The position numbers and the translations under genes were made by a program. 64,000 bases of DNA, from the NCBI GenBank assembly GCA_965215125.1, contig OZ244052.1:2144001-2208000 (forward strand). Direction: 5' to 3'. This document shows, piece after piece, positions 1 to 9,947 of the stretch. The stretch is from an uncultured candidatus Porisulfidus sp. GTDB taxonomy: Bacteria > Pseudomonadota > Gammaproteobacteria > Poriferisulfidales > Oxydemutatoraceae. The notes under the pieces are model-generated. The model was not told where the DNA came from, searched no databases, and saw only the letters and a program-made list of their open reading frames with translations. The first letter of the stretch is position 1, and every line of letters begins with the position of its first letter.

Positions 1-1
1 T

Positions 2-673
2 CAACCAACCCGCTATTCTGTAGAACTGCCTAATGATATAGCGAATACAACCCTAACTGCGGTTGCCGATAATGTGCATGCAACGCTGACAATTAGAGAG
101 GGGAGCAATGCCCCGAGTCCCGCTAATCGTCGGGCGGATATACCGATTACGATTGGCGAAGGAATGAATAAAGTATTCACTATCGTGGTGACCGCACAGG
201 ATACCGAAGTGCCGATGGCAACTTATACCGTGACCGTATCGCGTGCCTCGGCAATGGATAGAACGACCTTAGGGTTTGCTCTCGCAATGAGCAATATTAC
301 CCTTGAGACAGACCCCGACGACGACTCCGGAACCGTCTATATCGGCACATTGACGAATATTAATATTGAAAGCATCATAGCATCTGCATCGTCAACTGCT
401 ACCGGTGTCGGTATTCAAAGTATCTGGTTAGGCGATGATCGTACAAATAACTATGTCAAAGACGATAATCCGGTGACCCTAGTCGCCGGTGCAGATCGTA
501 TTGCTATTTCCGACGGTATCCCGTTGGAGCGGGGAGGTGTTCAAATTGTCATCGTAGTGAGACGTGCCGATAATACTGCCGACGGCTATACCGAGGCAAA
601 TTATATTGCCAATGTACGAGGATCCGCATTACGCGTCCGCGTCAGAGTATTTCTGGAAGGCCCCCTGCAGTAG
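2..673 (+). CDS. 3' end of a large surface/secreted protein with cadherin-like beta-sandwich domains (5' truncated by window edge)
   Basis: Frame is open from position 2 (QPTRYSVELPNDIANTTLTAVADNVHATLTI...FTIVVTAQD...ATYTVTVSR), a pattern typical of cadherin-like beta-sandwich repeats; ends ALRVRVRVFLEGPLQ*. Confidence 0.75.
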   Translation, partial: QPTRYSVELPNDIANTTLTAVADNVHATLTIREGSNAPSPANRRADIPITIGEGMNKVFTIVVTAQDTEVPMATYTVTVSRASAMDRTTLGFALAMSNITLETDPDDDSGTVYIGTLTNINIESIIASASSTATGVGIQSIWLGDDRTNNYVKDDNPVTLVAGADRIAISDGIPLERGGVQIVIVVRRADNTADGYTEANYIANVRGSALRVRVRVFLEGPLQ

Positions 674-704
674 CACGAGTATAGTGCCGGTTAATTCCTC
701 TCCT

Positions 705-882
705 TGTAGGGGCAGAATAGAGCCGCCGATTGAGCCAGTAGGTCAATCGGCAATTTTGATGTCCGCCCTTAGGGTGGCAGGCGCATAGAACCACCACTTG
801 TTGCAGTAGCATAAGTGGTGTCCCGTTGTGCAGAACCTTGATACATATATACAAAATGTAAAGCCTTTCCACAGGGTGGTTG
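705..882 (+). repeat. Dispersed REP/MITE-like repeat, copy 1 (carries both hairpin variants)
   Basis: Shares TGTAGGGGCAGA, GCCGATTGA-N9-TCAATCGGC, GGTGGCAGGCGCA, TGCAGAAC...TACAAAATGTAA...GGGTGG blocks with 9798-9947 (-) and 34125-34265 (+). Confidence 0.85.
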
Positions 883-955
883 TAGCGTGATATAATTCGC
901 AACATTGCGTCGTTTATAACGCACCGATTAATAGTAGATAATACGGAGGAGATTA

Positions 956-1363
956 ATGACAACCGAAAATGATATAGTCAAAAGATATTTTGACGCTTGG
1001 GATCGGCGCGATGTAGATGCCATTCTAGAAACTTTTGCCGAAGGCGGCACTTACTGCGATCCGGCAACCGAGAAAGAGATAACAGGGCAAGAAATCGGCG
1101 AATACGCAAAATCTTTATTCGATGCTTTTCCCGACATGTCGGTAGAATTGATTAGCAGTGTTGAAGCGAGCAACGGTGTGATTGCAGCCCCGTGGCTGAT
1201 ATTCGGTACCAACGACGGTCCTATAATGGCTAATCCACCCACCGGCAAGCGTGTGGTAATTCAAGGTTGCGATTTTATAAAAGCCGAAGGCGGTTTGTTG
1301 ACCACCATAGTCGGCGTTTGGGATGTCAAAGACCTTTCTGCACAACTGGGTTTATCCGGCTGA
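956..1363 (+). CDS. SnoaL-like / NTF2-family protein (ester cyclase-like)
   Basis: IVKRYFDAWDRRDVDAILETFA...YCDP...AFPD...PPTGKRV...G.DFI pattern; SD GGAGG upstream. Confidence 0.8.
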   Translation: MTTENDIVKRYFDAWDRRDVDAILETFAEGGTYCDPATEKEITGQEIGEYAKSLFDAFPDMSVELISSVEASNGVIAAPWLIFGTNDGPIMANPPTGKRVVIQGCDFIKAEGGLLTTIVGVWDVKDLSAQLGLSG

Positions 1364-1399
1364 TTAAATAGCACCGAACTAGGCGGCTTCGCTGTCGTA

Positions 1400-2746
1400 T
1401 TAGTTTGATTTTTTATCGACTTCGGCTACCATTTTGCCGTCGCCGACTTGGATATTGATTTTTTGATTTATACTCACTTGCTCAACCGAGCGCACCAAGC
1501 GGTCGGAGTTGTCGGTGACGATTGCATAGCCTCTTTTTAATGTGGTAGTCGGTCCTAATGTTTCCAGCTTACCGGCCGAATATGCGACATTTTGCTTGGC
1601 GTGCCGAAGTTTATCGCACAGATTATCGTGCAGTGTTTTGGCGTGCGATGCAAGTTTGTTTTTGTATATTTCCATATATTTGATCGGCGTGTTGCTTAAC
1701 AGCAGACTACGTTGATGTTCCAGTTGCTTGCCGTTTATGTATAAATAATTTTTTATCGTCGGCGTTAGGCGGCGGCTGAGTTCGTCGAGTTGCTGTGCGT
1801 AATTCTGTAGTTGATGTTTGGGGTGAGATTTGGCAAGTTTGGCTTCCATCAGCTTAATGAATTCCAATTTTTGGTTTAGCGTGCGTGTCATTTCCGTATA
1901 CAGATTTTTATTTATGATATTCAATTCTTGCATAAGCTCGTTTTGGTCGGGACTGATATATTCGGCTGCCGCAGACGGTGTCGGTGCACGGCGATCGCAT
2001 ACGAAATCGGCTATCGTAAAATCTATTTCGTGTCCGATGCCGGTGACGACGGGTAGTTTGCATCCGGCGATAGTGCGCGCAACCGCCTCGTCGTTGAATG
2101 CCCACAAATCTTCTATGGAACCGCCACCGCGTACCAGCAATAAAACCTCAACTTCGCATCTATGTTCGGCAATCTCTAATGCTCGGCAAATTTCTTCGGG
2201 TGCTTTGTCGCCTTGCACAAGTGTCGGGTAGACGATGAGATGTACGATAGGAAAACGTTTCCGAAACACCGAGATGACATCTTTTAAGGCGGCACCTTTT
2301 TCCGAAGTGATCACCCCGACGGTGAGTGGGTATGCCGGTATCTCTTTTTTTAGGGCCACATCGAACAAGCCTTCCTTATAAAGTTTTTGTTTCAGGCGTT
2401 CAAACTCTAATTGAAGTTTGCCGCCGCCTGCCGCTTCTATGTGCTTTACGATGAGTTGTAGTTCGCCGCGTTTCTCGTACAATTCTATGCGCGCCTGCAA
2501 CTGTACCAGTAAACCGTTTTCAAGTTCAAACTTCAGTTCTCGGTTGTCGCCGCGAAACATCGCACAACGGATTTGACTGTCGTTGTCTTTGATGCTGAAA
2601 TAAAAATGCCCCGAAGTAGCACACACAAAATTGGATATTTCTCCTTCCACCCACACCGGCGCAAAATTGTGTAGTAAGGTTTCTCTGATTTCTTTGTTTA
2701 GTTTGCTTACCGTATAAATATGTTTTTCTTCGATTGAAAACTGCAT
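1400..2746 (-). CDS. xseA: Exodeoxyribonuclease VII large subunit
   Basis: VWVEGEISNF, SGHFYFSIKD, RGGGSIEDLWAFNDE, GIGHEIDFT, APTPSAAAE; divergent from guaB. Confidence 0.97.
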   Translation of the reverse strand: MQFSIEEKHIYTVSKLNKEIRETLLHNFAPVWVEGEISNFVCATSGHFYFSIKDNDSQIRCAMFRGDNRELKFELENGLLVQLQARIELYEKRGELQLIVKHIEAAGGGKLQLEFERLKQKLYKEGLFDVALKKEIPAYPLTVGVITSEKGAALKDVISVFRKRFPIVHLIVYPTLVQGDKAPEEICRALEIAEHRCEVEVLLLVRGGGSIEDLWAFNDEAVARTIAGCKLPVVTGIGHEIDFTIADFVCDRRAPTPSAAAEYISPDQNELMQELNIINKNLYTEMTRTLNQKLEFIKLMEAKLAKSHPKHQLQNYAQQLDELSRRLTPTIKNYLYINGKQLEHQRSLLLSNTPIKYMEIYKNKLASHAKTLHDNLCDKLRHAKQNVAYSAGKLETLGPTTTLKRGYAIVTDNSDRLVRSVEQVSINQKINIQVGDGKMVAEVDKKSN

Positions 2747-2812
2747 GATGACTACTATATATCTATGTTTATGCTACACTAGCCGTTTAGTATATACAAG
2801 TCCGAGACTTAT

Positions 2813-4273
2813 ATGGAAATGGAACAAATAAAACAAGCGATGACCTTCGATGATGTATTGTTGGTACCTGCGTATTCAAAGATTTTACCTGCGGAAGTGG
2901 ACTTGACGGCGAAATTGAGCCGTGGAATTTCTCTGAACATCCCTTTGGTGTCGGCGGCGATGGATACCGTCACCGAATACGATACTGCGATTTCACTTGC
3001 TCAACTCGGTGGCATAGGTTTTATACACAAAAATATGTCTATAGAGTTGCAGGCCGAACAAGTGCGGATGGTCAAGAAGTTTGAGAGCGGTGTTGTCAGA
3101 GACCCGATTACGGTGTCTCCCGATACTTCGATCAAGGCGGTTATAGATTTAACACAGAATTACCGGATTTCGGGGGTGCCGGTCGTAAAAGGCAAACAAC
3201 TGGTAGGCATCGTCACCCATCGCGATCTGCGCTTTGAAACTCGTCGAGACGACAGTATTTCCGAAATAATGACACCTAAGGAACGGTTGGTCACCGTCAA
3301 GGAAAATGCCGACGCCGAGGAAATCAGGCGGCGATTGCACGAGCATAAAATCGAAAAGATCTTGGTGATCAACGACGATTTTGAATTATGCGGACTGATA
3401 ACCGTTAAGGATATGCAAAGAGCGGAACTATTTCCCAATGCATCGAAGGATGCCGAAGGGCAATTACAAGTCGGTGCCTCGGTAGGTACCGGCGATTCGG
3501 CATTGGCGCGCGCAACCGCAATTGTAGAGGCGGGAGGTGATGTTATGGTGGTAGATACCGCCCACGGTCACTCGCAACAGGTACTTGACACCGTTGCTAA
3601 GATAAAAAAATCTTTTCCCGACAAGCAACTCGTTGCCGGAAATGTTGCAACCGCCGAAGCCGCCCGTGCGTTACTCCGTACCGGCGTCGATGCGATCAAA
3701 ATCGGAGTGGGTCCGGGTTCTATATGCACCACGCGTGTTATCGCCGGGATCGGCATGCCGCAATTCAGCGCGATTTACGAAGTTGCCCGAGCGATCAAAG
3801 GCGAAGTGCCGCTGATTGCCGACGGTGGAATACGATTTTCCGGAGATTTGAGCAAAGCGATCGCAGCGGGTGCCGACACGGTGATGATCGGTAGCCTTTT
3901 TGCCGGCACCCGCGAAGCACCCGGTGAGATAGAACTTTATCAGGGACGCTCGTACAAGGTCTATCGCGGTATGGGTTCTTTGGCTGCAATGCAACGCGGA
4001 TCAAGGGACCGGTATGCGCAATTTGATGTGGAAAACGAGAAATTGGTGCCCGAAGGTATAGAGGGGCGAGTACCTTATCGCGGTGGGTTGTATCATGTGG
4101 TCTATCAGCTACTCGGTGGATTGCGTTCGGGTATGGGTTATATAGGATGTGCTACGATAGCCGAGATGCATAAGAAAGCGAAGTTCGTCGGAATTACCGA
4201 AGCCGGTATGCGAGAGAGCCATGTCCACGATGTTAGTATCACCAAAGAAGCACCTAATTACCATGTTGAATAA
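2813..4273 (+). CDS. guaB: IMP dehydrogenase
   Basis: [35 protein letters not shown]. Confidence 0.98.
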   Translation: MEMEQIKQAMTFDDVLLVPAYSKILPAEVDLTAKLSRGISLNIPLVSAAMDTVTEYDTAISLAQLGGIGFIHKNMSIELQAEQVRMVKKFESGVVRDPITVSPDTSIKAVIDLTQNYRISGVPVVKGKQLVGIVTHRDLRFETRRDDSISEIMTPKERLVTVKENADAEEIRRRLHEHKIEKILVINDDFELCGLITVKDMQRAELFPNASKDAEGQLQVGASVGTGDSALARATAIVEAGGDVMVVDTAHGHSQQVLDTVAKIKKSFPDKQLVAGNVATAEAARALLRTGVDAIKIGVGPGSICTTRVIAGIGMPQFSAIYEVARAIKGEVPLIADGGIRFSGDLSKAIAAGADTVMIGSLFAGTREAPGEIELYQGRSYKVYRGMGSLAAMQRGSRDRYAQFDVENEKLVPEGIEGRVPYRGGLYHVVYQLLGGLRSGMGYIGCATIAEMHKKAKFVGITEAGMRESHVHDVSITKEAPNYHVE

Positions 4274-4290
4274 GCCGCTTGACCGAGTGT

Positions 4291-5898
4291 ATGGCTAAGG
4301 CTACACAATCCGAGAAACGCTATAGGCTACACGACTTTCTATACGATTATGCCGGTTGCGATAAAATTGCAATCATTGATTTCGGTTCCCAATACACGCG
4401 GCTGATCGCCCGTAAGATTAGAGAACTGGGCGTTTATAGCGAAGTATTTTCGGCACGAACCACGACCTTAAAGCTAACCGATTTTGCACCGCGCGCAATC
4501 ATTTTATCCGGAGGCCCCGAATCGGTACATTCCGACTCGGCACCCGATGTCGGTTTTGATCTACACGCTTTGAGACTGCCGGTTTTGGGTATCTGTTACG
4601 GGATGCAGTGGCTCGCCGTGGAATGTGACGGAAAGATAGAAAGTTCCGACGACCGAGAATTCGGTTCCGCAACGATTACGATTGAAAGTTCCTCTCCGTT
4701 GTTCGATGGGATACAGACGCATGCCTGTTCGGCACATTCGGTATGGATGTCGCACGGAGACCGGGTCGTCGGACTGCCGGAAGGCTTTACAGTCATTGCA
4801 TCGAGCGAACATTCTCCGATTGCTGCGATGGCAGACGAAGAGCGGGCATGGTACGGTCTACAATTCCACCCCGAAGTAACGCACACCACCGACGGCAAGG
4901 CCTTACTAGAAAACTTCGTATATAACATTGCCGGTTGCAAATCAAGCTGGCGAGCTGCCGATATTGCCGATAAAAGTATAGAGCATATCCGCAACATAGT
5001 CGGCAACGAGCAGGTCTTGTTGGCACTATCCGGCGGTGTAGACTCTGCGGTCGCCGCACTTTTATTGCAGCGTGCAATAGCCGAGCGGTTGCACTGTATC
5101 TTCGTAGATAACGGTTTGCTCAGGCAAGGAGAATGCGCACAAGTCGTCGAGACTTTTGAAAAGCATTTCGGCATAGACTTGCATGTAGTCGACGCGAGAG
5201 ACATGTTCCTAAAAGCACTCGAGGGAATAGCCGACCCCGAACAGAAAAGACAAATCATCGGCAAACTATTCATAGAAACCTTTGAACACCGTGCGCAAGC
5301 GATCGGTAAAGTGGATTGGCTTGCACAGGGCACGATCTATCCCGATATCATAGAATCGGCAGGCGCGGAAGGTTCCCATTTGATCAAATCACATCATAAT
5401 GTCGGCGGTTTGCCCGAGCGGATGAAGCTGAAAATCTTGGAACCGCTGGCTTATCTGTTCAAGGACGAAGTGCGCGCTTTGGGCAGAGTACTCGGTCTGG
5501 ATAAAACGATAGTCCAACGACACCCGTTTCCGGGTCCCGGGCTTGCGGTGCGTGTGTTGGGTGCTATAGACGAAGAGTCTTTGCGTATATTGCGGCAAGC
5601 CGATGCCTTATTCATTAAAGCACTGTGGGATAACGATTTATACGATAAGATCGCCCAAGCGTTTGCGGTTATTCTACCGGTCAGGTCGGTCGGTGTGATG
5701 GGAGACGGCAGGCAGTACGGCAGGGTGATTGTGCTCAGAGCGGTAGGCAGCGAAGATTTTATGACCGCAAACAGTGCCTGTTTGCCGGCATCGTTTTTAT
5801 CCGAAGTCGCTTCGCGCATCGTCAACGAAGTGTCGGGCATTACACGCGTCTGCTACGATCTGAGTAGCAAACCTCCGGCAACCATTGAGTGGGAATAG
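4291..5898 (+). CDS. guaA: GMP synthase (glutamine-hydrolysing)
   Basis: DFGSQYT, GICYGMQ, QFHPEV, SGGVDS, IKSHHNVGGLP, KPPATIEWE; exact start uncertain. Confidence 0.98.
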   Translation: MAKATQSEKRYRLHDFLYDYAGCDKIAIIDFGSQYTRLIARKIRELGVYSEVFSARTTTLKLTDFAPRAIILSGGPESVHSDSAPDVGFDLHALRLPVLGICYGMQWLAVECDGKIESSDDREFGSATITIESSSPLFDGIQTHACSAHSVWMSHGDRVVGLPEGFTVIASSEHSPIAAMADEERAWYGLQFHPEVTHTTDGKALLENFVYNIAGCKSSWRAADIADKSIEHIRNIVGNEQVLLALSGGVDSAVAALLLQRAIAERLHCIFVDNGLLRQGECAQVVETFEKHFGIDLHVVDARDMFLKALEGIADPEQKRQIIGKLFIETFEHRAQAIGKVDWLAQGTIYPDIIESAGAEGSHLIKSHHNVGGLPERMKLKILEPLAYLFKDEVRALGRVLGLDKTIVQRHPFPGPGLAVRVLGAIDEESLRILRQADALFIKALWDNDLYDKIAQAFAVILPVRSVGVMGDGRQYGRVIVLRAVGSEDFMTANSACLPASFLSEVASRIVNEVSGITRVCYDLSSKPPATIEWE

Positions 5899-6020
5899 CA
5901 CGTACATATCTGCAACCGCTTGCGCCATATAATGACACAAACCGATCCCCGTAGGGGAGGGGTATGTCGGCCTGCTCTATGGGTATTGCTTAGACGGTAG
6001 CACCTTGATTAAACTAGAAA

Positions 6021-6039
6021 AATAATTATAATAATTATT
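6021..6039. promoter_or_regulatory. Fur box-like 9-1-9 inverted repeat upstream of the Fe3+ ABC operon
   Basis: AATAATTAT-A-ATAATTATT, perfect palindrome, 15/19 match to GATAATGATAATCATTATC. Confidence 0.7.
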
Positions 6040-6094
6040 ATTTAGGATAGAGAGAATTTACCATAGAAATTACAAAAAGATAGGAGTTTTATAA

Positions 6095-7093
6095 ATGACA
6101 GTTTTATTGTCTTTTTTGATATTTTTCAATATCGCGCATGCCGATGTCAATGTTTATTCAGCTAGAGAAGAAACTTTGATCAAACCCATATTAGATGTAT
6201 TCAGCGAGCAGACCGACATCAAGGTCAATTTGGTAACTGCGAAAGCCGATGCGCTGATAGAGCGGCTCCAACGCGAAGGTCGAGACAGTCTTGCCGATGT
6301 GTTGCTCACGACCGATGTGGCGCGTCTGCATAGAGCGAAACAAGCCGGTCTATTGCAACCGATAAAGTCGGAGATATTGACCGAGGTAGTTCCTCCCGTT
6401 TATAGAGACTCGGATAATCAATGGTTCGGGTTGTCGGTGCGGGCAAGGATTATCGCTACGGTTAAAACTAAGCTGCCGTCGGATGAGGGGTTGATGCGCT
6501 ACGAATCTTTAGCGGACGAGCGATGGCGCAAACGCATTTGCATACGCTCTTCCACCAATGTCTACAATCAATCTTTAGTGGCATCTATATTATATGCAAA
6601 CGGTAGCAAGGCAACTTATGATTGGGCGAAAGCACTGGTTGCCAACTTTGCCAGACCACCGGTCGGCGGTGATCGCGATCAGGTGTTGGCAGCAGCGGGG
6701 GGGTTGTGCGACATTGCGGTAATTAACACATACTATTTGGCATATATGTCGGCTAACCCCGACCCGGTACAAAAAAACGCTGCCGAGCAAATGCAAGTCA
6801 TATGGCCTAATCAACAAGACCGTGGCACGCATGTGAACATCAGTGGTGCCGGCATCACCCACGTTGCCAAAAATAAAGAGGATGCGATAAGTTTACTTGA
6901 GTTTTTAGTCGGTGAAGAGGCACAGTATTGGTATAGTCATACGAACTATGAGTACCCTATACGCGATGATGTAAAAATCGGTGACATCTTGAATTCGTGG
7001 GGGGAGTTCAAAGCCGATACCATCGAACTCGATAAACTCGGCGAATTAAATGTCGAAGCGGTCAAGTTGATGGATAAAGCCGGTTGGCAATAG
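6095..7093 (+). CDS. Fe(3+) ABC transporter substrate-binding protein (FbpA/FutA-like)
   Basis: Signal peptide (AHA-D), VNVYSAR, ICIRSS.NVYNQSL, GGDRDQ, NTYY iron-ligand motif. Confidence 0.92.
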   Translation: MTVLLSFLIFFNIAHADVNVYSAREETLIKPILDVFSEQTDIKVNLVTAKADALIERLQREGRDSLADVLLTTDVARLHRAKQAGLLQPIKSEILTEVVPPVYRDSDNQWFGLSVRARIIATVKTKLPSDEGLMRYESLADERWRKRICIRSSTNVYNQSLVASILYANGSKATYDWAKALVANFARPPVGGDRDQVLAAAGGLCDIAVINTYYLAYMSANPDPVQKNAAEQMQVIWPNQQDRGTHVNISGAGITHVAKNKEDAISLLEFLVGEEAQYWYSHTNYEYPIRDDVKIGDILNSWGEFKADTIELDKLGELNVEAVKLMDKAGWQ

Positions 7094-7113
7094 CATATTC
7101 TGCACATCCAAAT

Positions 7114-8709
7114 ATGTTTTTAATAAGCCAGAGGTTGCTTACCTTAGTGGTAGTATTGCCCGCCACCGCATTGATTGTCTCGTTTGTAGTGCCGGATATA
7201 GAGGTATGGCAACATTTAATCGAGACGCATCTGCTTAACTATATCGCGAACTCATTACTACTTTGCATCGGTGTTGCGATAGTCTGCTTTGCCGTCGGTA
7301 CCGCAGGGGCTTGCTTATGCGTGATGTTTCGCTTTCCCGGGCAACGTTTTTTATCGTGGGCAATGATATTGCCACTGGCTTTCCCGCCCTATATCGTAGC
7401 CTATACTTATACCGGTATATTGGACTACGGTGGCTGGTTTAATACTTGGTGGCATCTAGAGTTGGGTTTTCCCGCACCGCCGATACGCTCCTTAACCGGG
7501 GCTATTCTGGTAATCGGTTTTGTGTTGTATCCTTATGTTTATCTGCTTGTCTACACGATCCTCGTCTCACAATCTAGAAACCTGATTGATGCGGCGCGTC
7601 TATGCGGCTTGAATGCAAAACAAATTTTTGTGCGCTTGATATTGCCGATGGTACGCCCGGCGGCGATCGCCGGCATTGCCATCGTAGTGATGGAGTCTTT
7701 AGCGAATTATGCAACGGTGGAGTATTTCGGCGTGCAAACATTGAGCGTGGGCATATTCAAGGTGTGGCTGGGATTGGGTAGCCTTACCGGTGCCGCACAG
7801 TTGTCGCTAATTATACTGGTGTTCACCGTCTTGATAGTCTCTATAGAAAAGAATGCGAGAAAGCGTATTTCTTACTACAACCAAGGATGCCATCCGCCGC
7901 TGCGTGCGATTTATCCTCTACGCGGCATCAAAGTCGTCGTTGCATGGCTGATTTGCGGATTACCCGTTGCGTTGGGTTTCTTAATTCCGCTGCTACAACT
8001 GATTGTATGGGCTTATCGTTACGGTACGGAGAGATTTGACATCGGTTATTTGCAACTGATATTCAATTCGGTGACTTTGGCTTTGAGTGCGGCTTTGATA
8101 GTGGTGTTCATCGCAACGATCATGGCATACGGTCAGCGTCTACATTCGGTGTCCAGGTGGCAGTGGCTCGATAAGCTGGCGACATCGGGTTATGCGATAC
8201 CCGGCATCGTGATTGCTATCGGAGTGTTGATCGTAAATAGCACGATAGAAGGTTGGGTCAACGAAACTTTACTCTCTTTTGACTTTGCGTCTTGGGGTTT
8301 ATTCTTGAGCGGCACGCTTGCCGCATTATTGTTCGCCTATACCGTGCGTTTTATGACTTTAGGTTATAACACGATTGCAAGTAGCTTAACAAAAATATCG
8401 CCCAATATAGACTATGCGGCGAGTTCGTGCGGAGCGAGCAAACTGAAAGCATTGCGCCTGATTCATGTTCCTTTGATACGCTCGGGACTATTGAGCGCAG
8501 CGTTGTTGATATTTGCCGATGTGGTTAAGGAGTTGCCTGCGACATTGGTACTGAGGCCTTTCGAGTTCAATACTTTGGCGATACGCACCTACGAGTTGGC
8601 ATCAACCGAGCGTATCAACGATATTGCGATTCCTTCTCTTAGTATCGTTGCCGTCAGCTTGCTTTCGATTATATTGGTGGCACAACGTATCGCACCGTAT
8701 AGCAAATGA
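7114..8709 (+). CDS. Fe(3+) ABC transporter permease (FbpB-like)
   Basis: Duplicated membrane domain, LPLAFPPYIVAY, YPYVYL, KELPATLVLRPFEFNTLA. Confidence 0.92.
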   Translation: MFLISQRLLTLVVVLPATALIVSFVVPDIEVWQHLIETHLLNYIANSLLLCIGVAIVCFAVGTAGACLCVMFRFPGQRFLSWAMILPLAFPPYIVAYTYTGILDYGGWFNTWWHLELGFPAPPIRSLTGAILVIGFVLYPYVYLLVYTILVSQSRNLIDAARLCGLNAKQIFVRLILPMVRPAAIAGIAIVVMESLANYATVEYFGVQTLSVGIFKVWLGLGSLTGAAQLSLIILVFTVLIVSIEKNARKRISYYNQGCHPPLRAIYPLRGIKVVVAWLICGLPVALGFLIPLLQLIVWAYRYGTERFDIGYLQLIFNSVTLALSAALIVVFIATIMAYGQRLHSVSRWQWLDKLATSGYAIPGIVIAIGVLIVNSTIEGWVNETLLSFDFASWGLFLSGTLAALLFAYTVRFMTLGYNTIASSLTKISPNIDYAASSCGASKLKALRLIHVPLIRSGLLSAALLIFADVVKELPATLVLRPFEFNTLAIRTYELASTERINDIAIPSLSIVAVSLLSIILVAQRIAPYSK

Positions 8710-8719
8710 GGTTATAGGG

Positions 8720-9763
8720 ATGCTGGAGCTACAAAACCTAAGCGTTGCAATCGATAAGCAAACGATAGTCAAGAATGCTTCTTTGAATATTGAAACCGGG
8801 AAAATAGGGTGTTTGCTGGGGCCTAGCGGTAGCGGTAAAAGCACTCTGCTCAGATGTATCGCAGGTTTTCATCGTGCGTTGTCGGGTTGTGTTTATTTAG
8901 AAAATAATCTGATAGAAAGCCCGCAACGGCGGGTTGCCGTGGAAGCACGACGTATCGGTGTTATGTTCCAAGACTATGCACTGTTTCCGCATCTAACGGT
9001 TGAGGAAAATATCGGCTTCGGTATTCATTCTATGGGACAACGCGAGTATCAAGTGCGCCTCAAGCGTATGCTCAAACTAACCGAGCTCGGTGTTTATTCG
9101 GATTGTTACCCCAACGAATTATCGGGCGGACAGCAACAACGCGTCGCATTGGCACGGGCACTTGCACCACTACCCAAACTCCTATTGTTGGATGAGCCTT
9201 TTTCTAATGTAGACAGCCAACTCAAGCTACAGATGGTACAAGAAATGAGAGAGTTATTGATCGACATGAATATCACCACACTGATGGTAAGCCACGACCA
9301 AAGCGAGTCGCTGGCAATGTCGGATAGTTTGGGTTTGATGCTCGAAGGACGGATACTGCAGTGGAGCAACACTTATGATTTTTATCATCGTCCTATATCT
9401 CGCCAAGTTGCAACCTTTATAGGAATGGGTACTATGCTGCGCGGTACACTTACCGAAAATAACACTATCAAAACCGCACTGGGTGAATTGCTTCCTACGC
9501 CGGATACCATGCTTCCGCAAAGCAATGAAGTCGATGTGCTGATTCGTCCCGACGATATAATCCACGACGACGACAGCGACTTTCAAGCGACGATAAAGAA
9601 AAAAGAATTCAGAGGTGCACAGTTTCTTTATTTGTTGCACCTAAAGAACGGTGATCAAGTCCAATGCTTTGCCCCTAGCCATCACGACCATAGCGTCGGC
9701 GAACAAATCGGCATCCGTGTAGATATGGAACATGTAGTATGTTTTCCGGCAGATCATTCGTAG
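8720..9763 (+). CDS. Fe(3+) ABC transporter ATP-binding protein (FbpC-like)
   Basis: GPSGSGKST, FQDYALFPHL, LSGGQQQRVALAR, LLLDEPFS; ATG 8720 preferred over ORF-track start. Confidence 0.93.
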   Translation: MLELQNLSVAIDKQTIVKNASLNIETGKIGCLLGPSGSGKSTLLRCIAGFHRALSGCVYLENNLIESPQRRVAVEARRIGVMFQDYALFPHLTVEENIGFGIHSMGQREYQVRLKRMLKLTELGVYSDCYPNELSGGQQQRVALARALAPLPKLLLLDEPFSNVDSQLKLQMVQEMRELLIDMNITTLMVSHDQSESLAMSDSLGLMLEGRILQWSNTYDFYHRPISRQVATFIGMGTMLRGTLTENNTIKTALGELLPTPDTMLPQSNEVDVLIRPDDIIHDDDSDFQATIKKKEFRGAQFLYLLHLKNGDQVQCFAPSHHDHSVGEQIGIRVDMEHVVCFPADHS

Positions 9764-9797
9764 AATCGTGCCGGTCTGTTTCGCAAGGACGCACAGG

Positions 9798-9947
9798 CTA
9801 GTCTGCCCCTCCGAAGGAGGGGAATAGACCACCCCAGCGAAAGGTCTTACATTTTGTATATATGTTGGGGTTCTGCACAATGTGACACCACTTGTGCTAC
9901 TGCAACAAGTGGTGGTTTTTTTTTGACCTACCGGCTCAATCGGCGGT
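9798..9947 (-). repeat. Dispersed REP/MITE-like repeat, copy 2; overlaps fabI stop codon
   Basis: Reverse complement matches 723-745 and 789-880; also carries TATTCCCCTCC-N3-GGAGGGG as in copy 3. Confidence 0.85.
9886..9924 (+). terminator. Probable intrinsic terminator of the Fe3+ ABC operon, formed by the repeat hairpin
   Basis: CACCACTTGT-N9-ACAAGTGGTG followed by G and a run of 9 T. Confidence 0.65.

Noticed and set aside
705-882. Possible CRISPR array from the hairpin repeats
   Set aside because: No regularly spaced direct repeats with unique spacers, and no cas genes in the window
564-962. ORFs 564-788 (+) and 642-962 (-)
   Set aside because: They are chance translations across repeat copy 1 and the adhesin end; not protein-like
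4596-5333. Long antisense ORF in guaA, and similar shadow ORFs in lon, bamA, fabD, ffh and others
   Set aside because: Antisense shadows of well-supported genes with no recognisable motifs
5945-5985. GTAGGGGAGGGGTATGTCGGCCTGCTC after guaA as a fourth repeat copy
   Set aside because: Only the GTAGGGG end matches; too short and degenerate to support
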